Source of the DNA: Owenia fusiformis
Lineage: Eukaryota
Reading direction: 5' to 3'
Assembly (NCBI GenBank): GCA_903813345.2
Contig: CAIIXF020000001.1
Location: 46,686,001-46,750,000 of the forward strand
Length of the DNA: 64,000 bases
A model generated the notes under the pieces. That model made no database searches. It was not told where the DNA came from and saw only the letters and a list, made by a program, of their open reading frames with translations. The translations under genes were made by a program, and so were the position numbers. Below are positions 63,101 to 64,000 of the stretch, piece by piece. Position 1 is the stretch's first letter. Every line of letters begins with the position of its first letter.

Positions 63101-64000
63101 GTTTACTTGATTGGTCTTGTTTTAATCATTTTTGTTTAAAAGGATGTTTTTGGAGTATTTTAGAGGACTGTATTGTCAAAGAATTTATGAAAAGAGCATT
63201 TTATTATCTTCACAAGTTCAGGTTTCAAGTTCAGGGTTTCATTTGAATTCTATTGTCTAATATATAATCAAGGAGGATTGGAAGCCAGAGTTCCAACTTG
63301 ATATTCTTTAATCTCCCAGTAATGCGATATTGCCGATCATGCCTGTATATTTTTCTGGCTGCGGGGAGAGTGGACGATATTCTCCAACAAAGCTGGCATC
63401 ATTATTGTTTGACATTTACCTGGCTACAAAGTCAAAATCAGCATTCAAAACATTGACAGTAAGTGGTCATAAGCCACTAATGATCTTAATCATTTCTTTT
63501 GTGTTTTGAATTTTTTTTGTTCAGTAATAAGACCAAATCTTGCGATTCAAATTTTGAAGTGAGAAATACAACTCCAGGACTGATGATAGTTTTTTAGAGA
63601 ATATAGATGTTGTATTCTGGCTGCCAATCCTCCTTGATATATAATGGAATATTCAGTCATAACAGATGAAATTATTAATTGGCGATTGCTGGATTTGTCC
63701 AGATAAGCCACTTTTTGAGTCAACCAGAAACTTGAAATTAGGATCACACATCTTAATTTTTAACCAAAAAAGCTTTATTTTTATGTATGTAGAACAACTA
63801 CATATGCAATTAATATTTAAGGCATGAAACTAATTATATTAGCATGTTCTCTCTAAGATTCAAATATGCAAAAAATTGAATATATTGATAAAGAACAGAT
63901 TCAGCATGGAATTTCATCCCCAAGTCTGTGAAAATTTCTTAGTAATAACATATTTTTTATTTCAGTGAGTGCATTGTCTCCAGAGGTTGCTCAATACGAG
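57106..64000 (+). CDS. CSTF1: Cleavage stimulation factor subunit 1 (CstF-50), 5' portion, runs off the window
   Basis: Exons 57106-57176, 58608-58735, 60486-60563 and 63966-(64000). They translate to KEREQLYRLMISQLFYDGYQSVA...CPPSDKL...DTVAPGSGIDLEFETDVSALSPEVAQYE, matching the CstF-50 dimerisation domain and linker. Confidence 0.93.
59485..59760. repeat. Dispersed repeat shared with ~23390-23660
   Basis: Shared ATATTCAAATTTCCCGCC...ATCTTTTTAACACCAAT...CACTATTTCAATAATAAAATG...TGTTTTAGCA. Confidence 0.7.
61254..62917. mobile_element. 1.66 kb non-autonomous DNA transposon with CAC...GTG termini and a 5-bp TSD (Transib/RAG-like or Chapaev-related)
   Basis: 46 bp perfect TIRs CACGGGGGATAAGCAAAACGAGGGCGAAGCCACGGACTGCGACTCG; TTATT at 61249-61253 and 62918-62922. 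Confidence 0.85.

Overview
AT-rich, intron-containing animal genomic DNA, probably from a marine invertebrate (a lophotrochozoan is my inference from the repeat landscape). I reconstructed six protein-coding genes by hand from GT-AG splice sites with consistent phases. (1) A single-exon Toll-like receptor (+, 4934-7369). (2) A divergent ZSWIM8/4/5/6-family SWIM-finger gene (-, 25581 to about 9414; 3' end uncertain). (3) A secreted signal peptide + coiled-coil + collagen + CUB gene (+, 19661-22370), nested antisense in an intron of the ZSWIM gene. (4) WDR70 (+, 26860-43934). (5) A GMEB-like SAND-domain gene (-, 53557-47424). (6) The 5' part of CSTF1 (+, 57106 to the window end). ZSWIM-like/WDR70 and GMEB-like/CSTF1 are head-to-head pairs. 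Introns and intergenic DNA hold many non-autonomous DNA transposons: Helentron/HINE-type satellite-bearing elements, MITEs, an 8.3 kb EnSpm-like element, a CAC-terminated element with a 5-bp TSD, and an 851 bp foldback palindrome. There is also a CR1/L2 LINE remnant and a tRNA-like fragment. The most interesting items are the nested collagen-CUB defence-collagen-like gene, the divergent ZSWIM paralog and the Transib/RAG-like element. Family assignments come from recognised motifs, not database searches.
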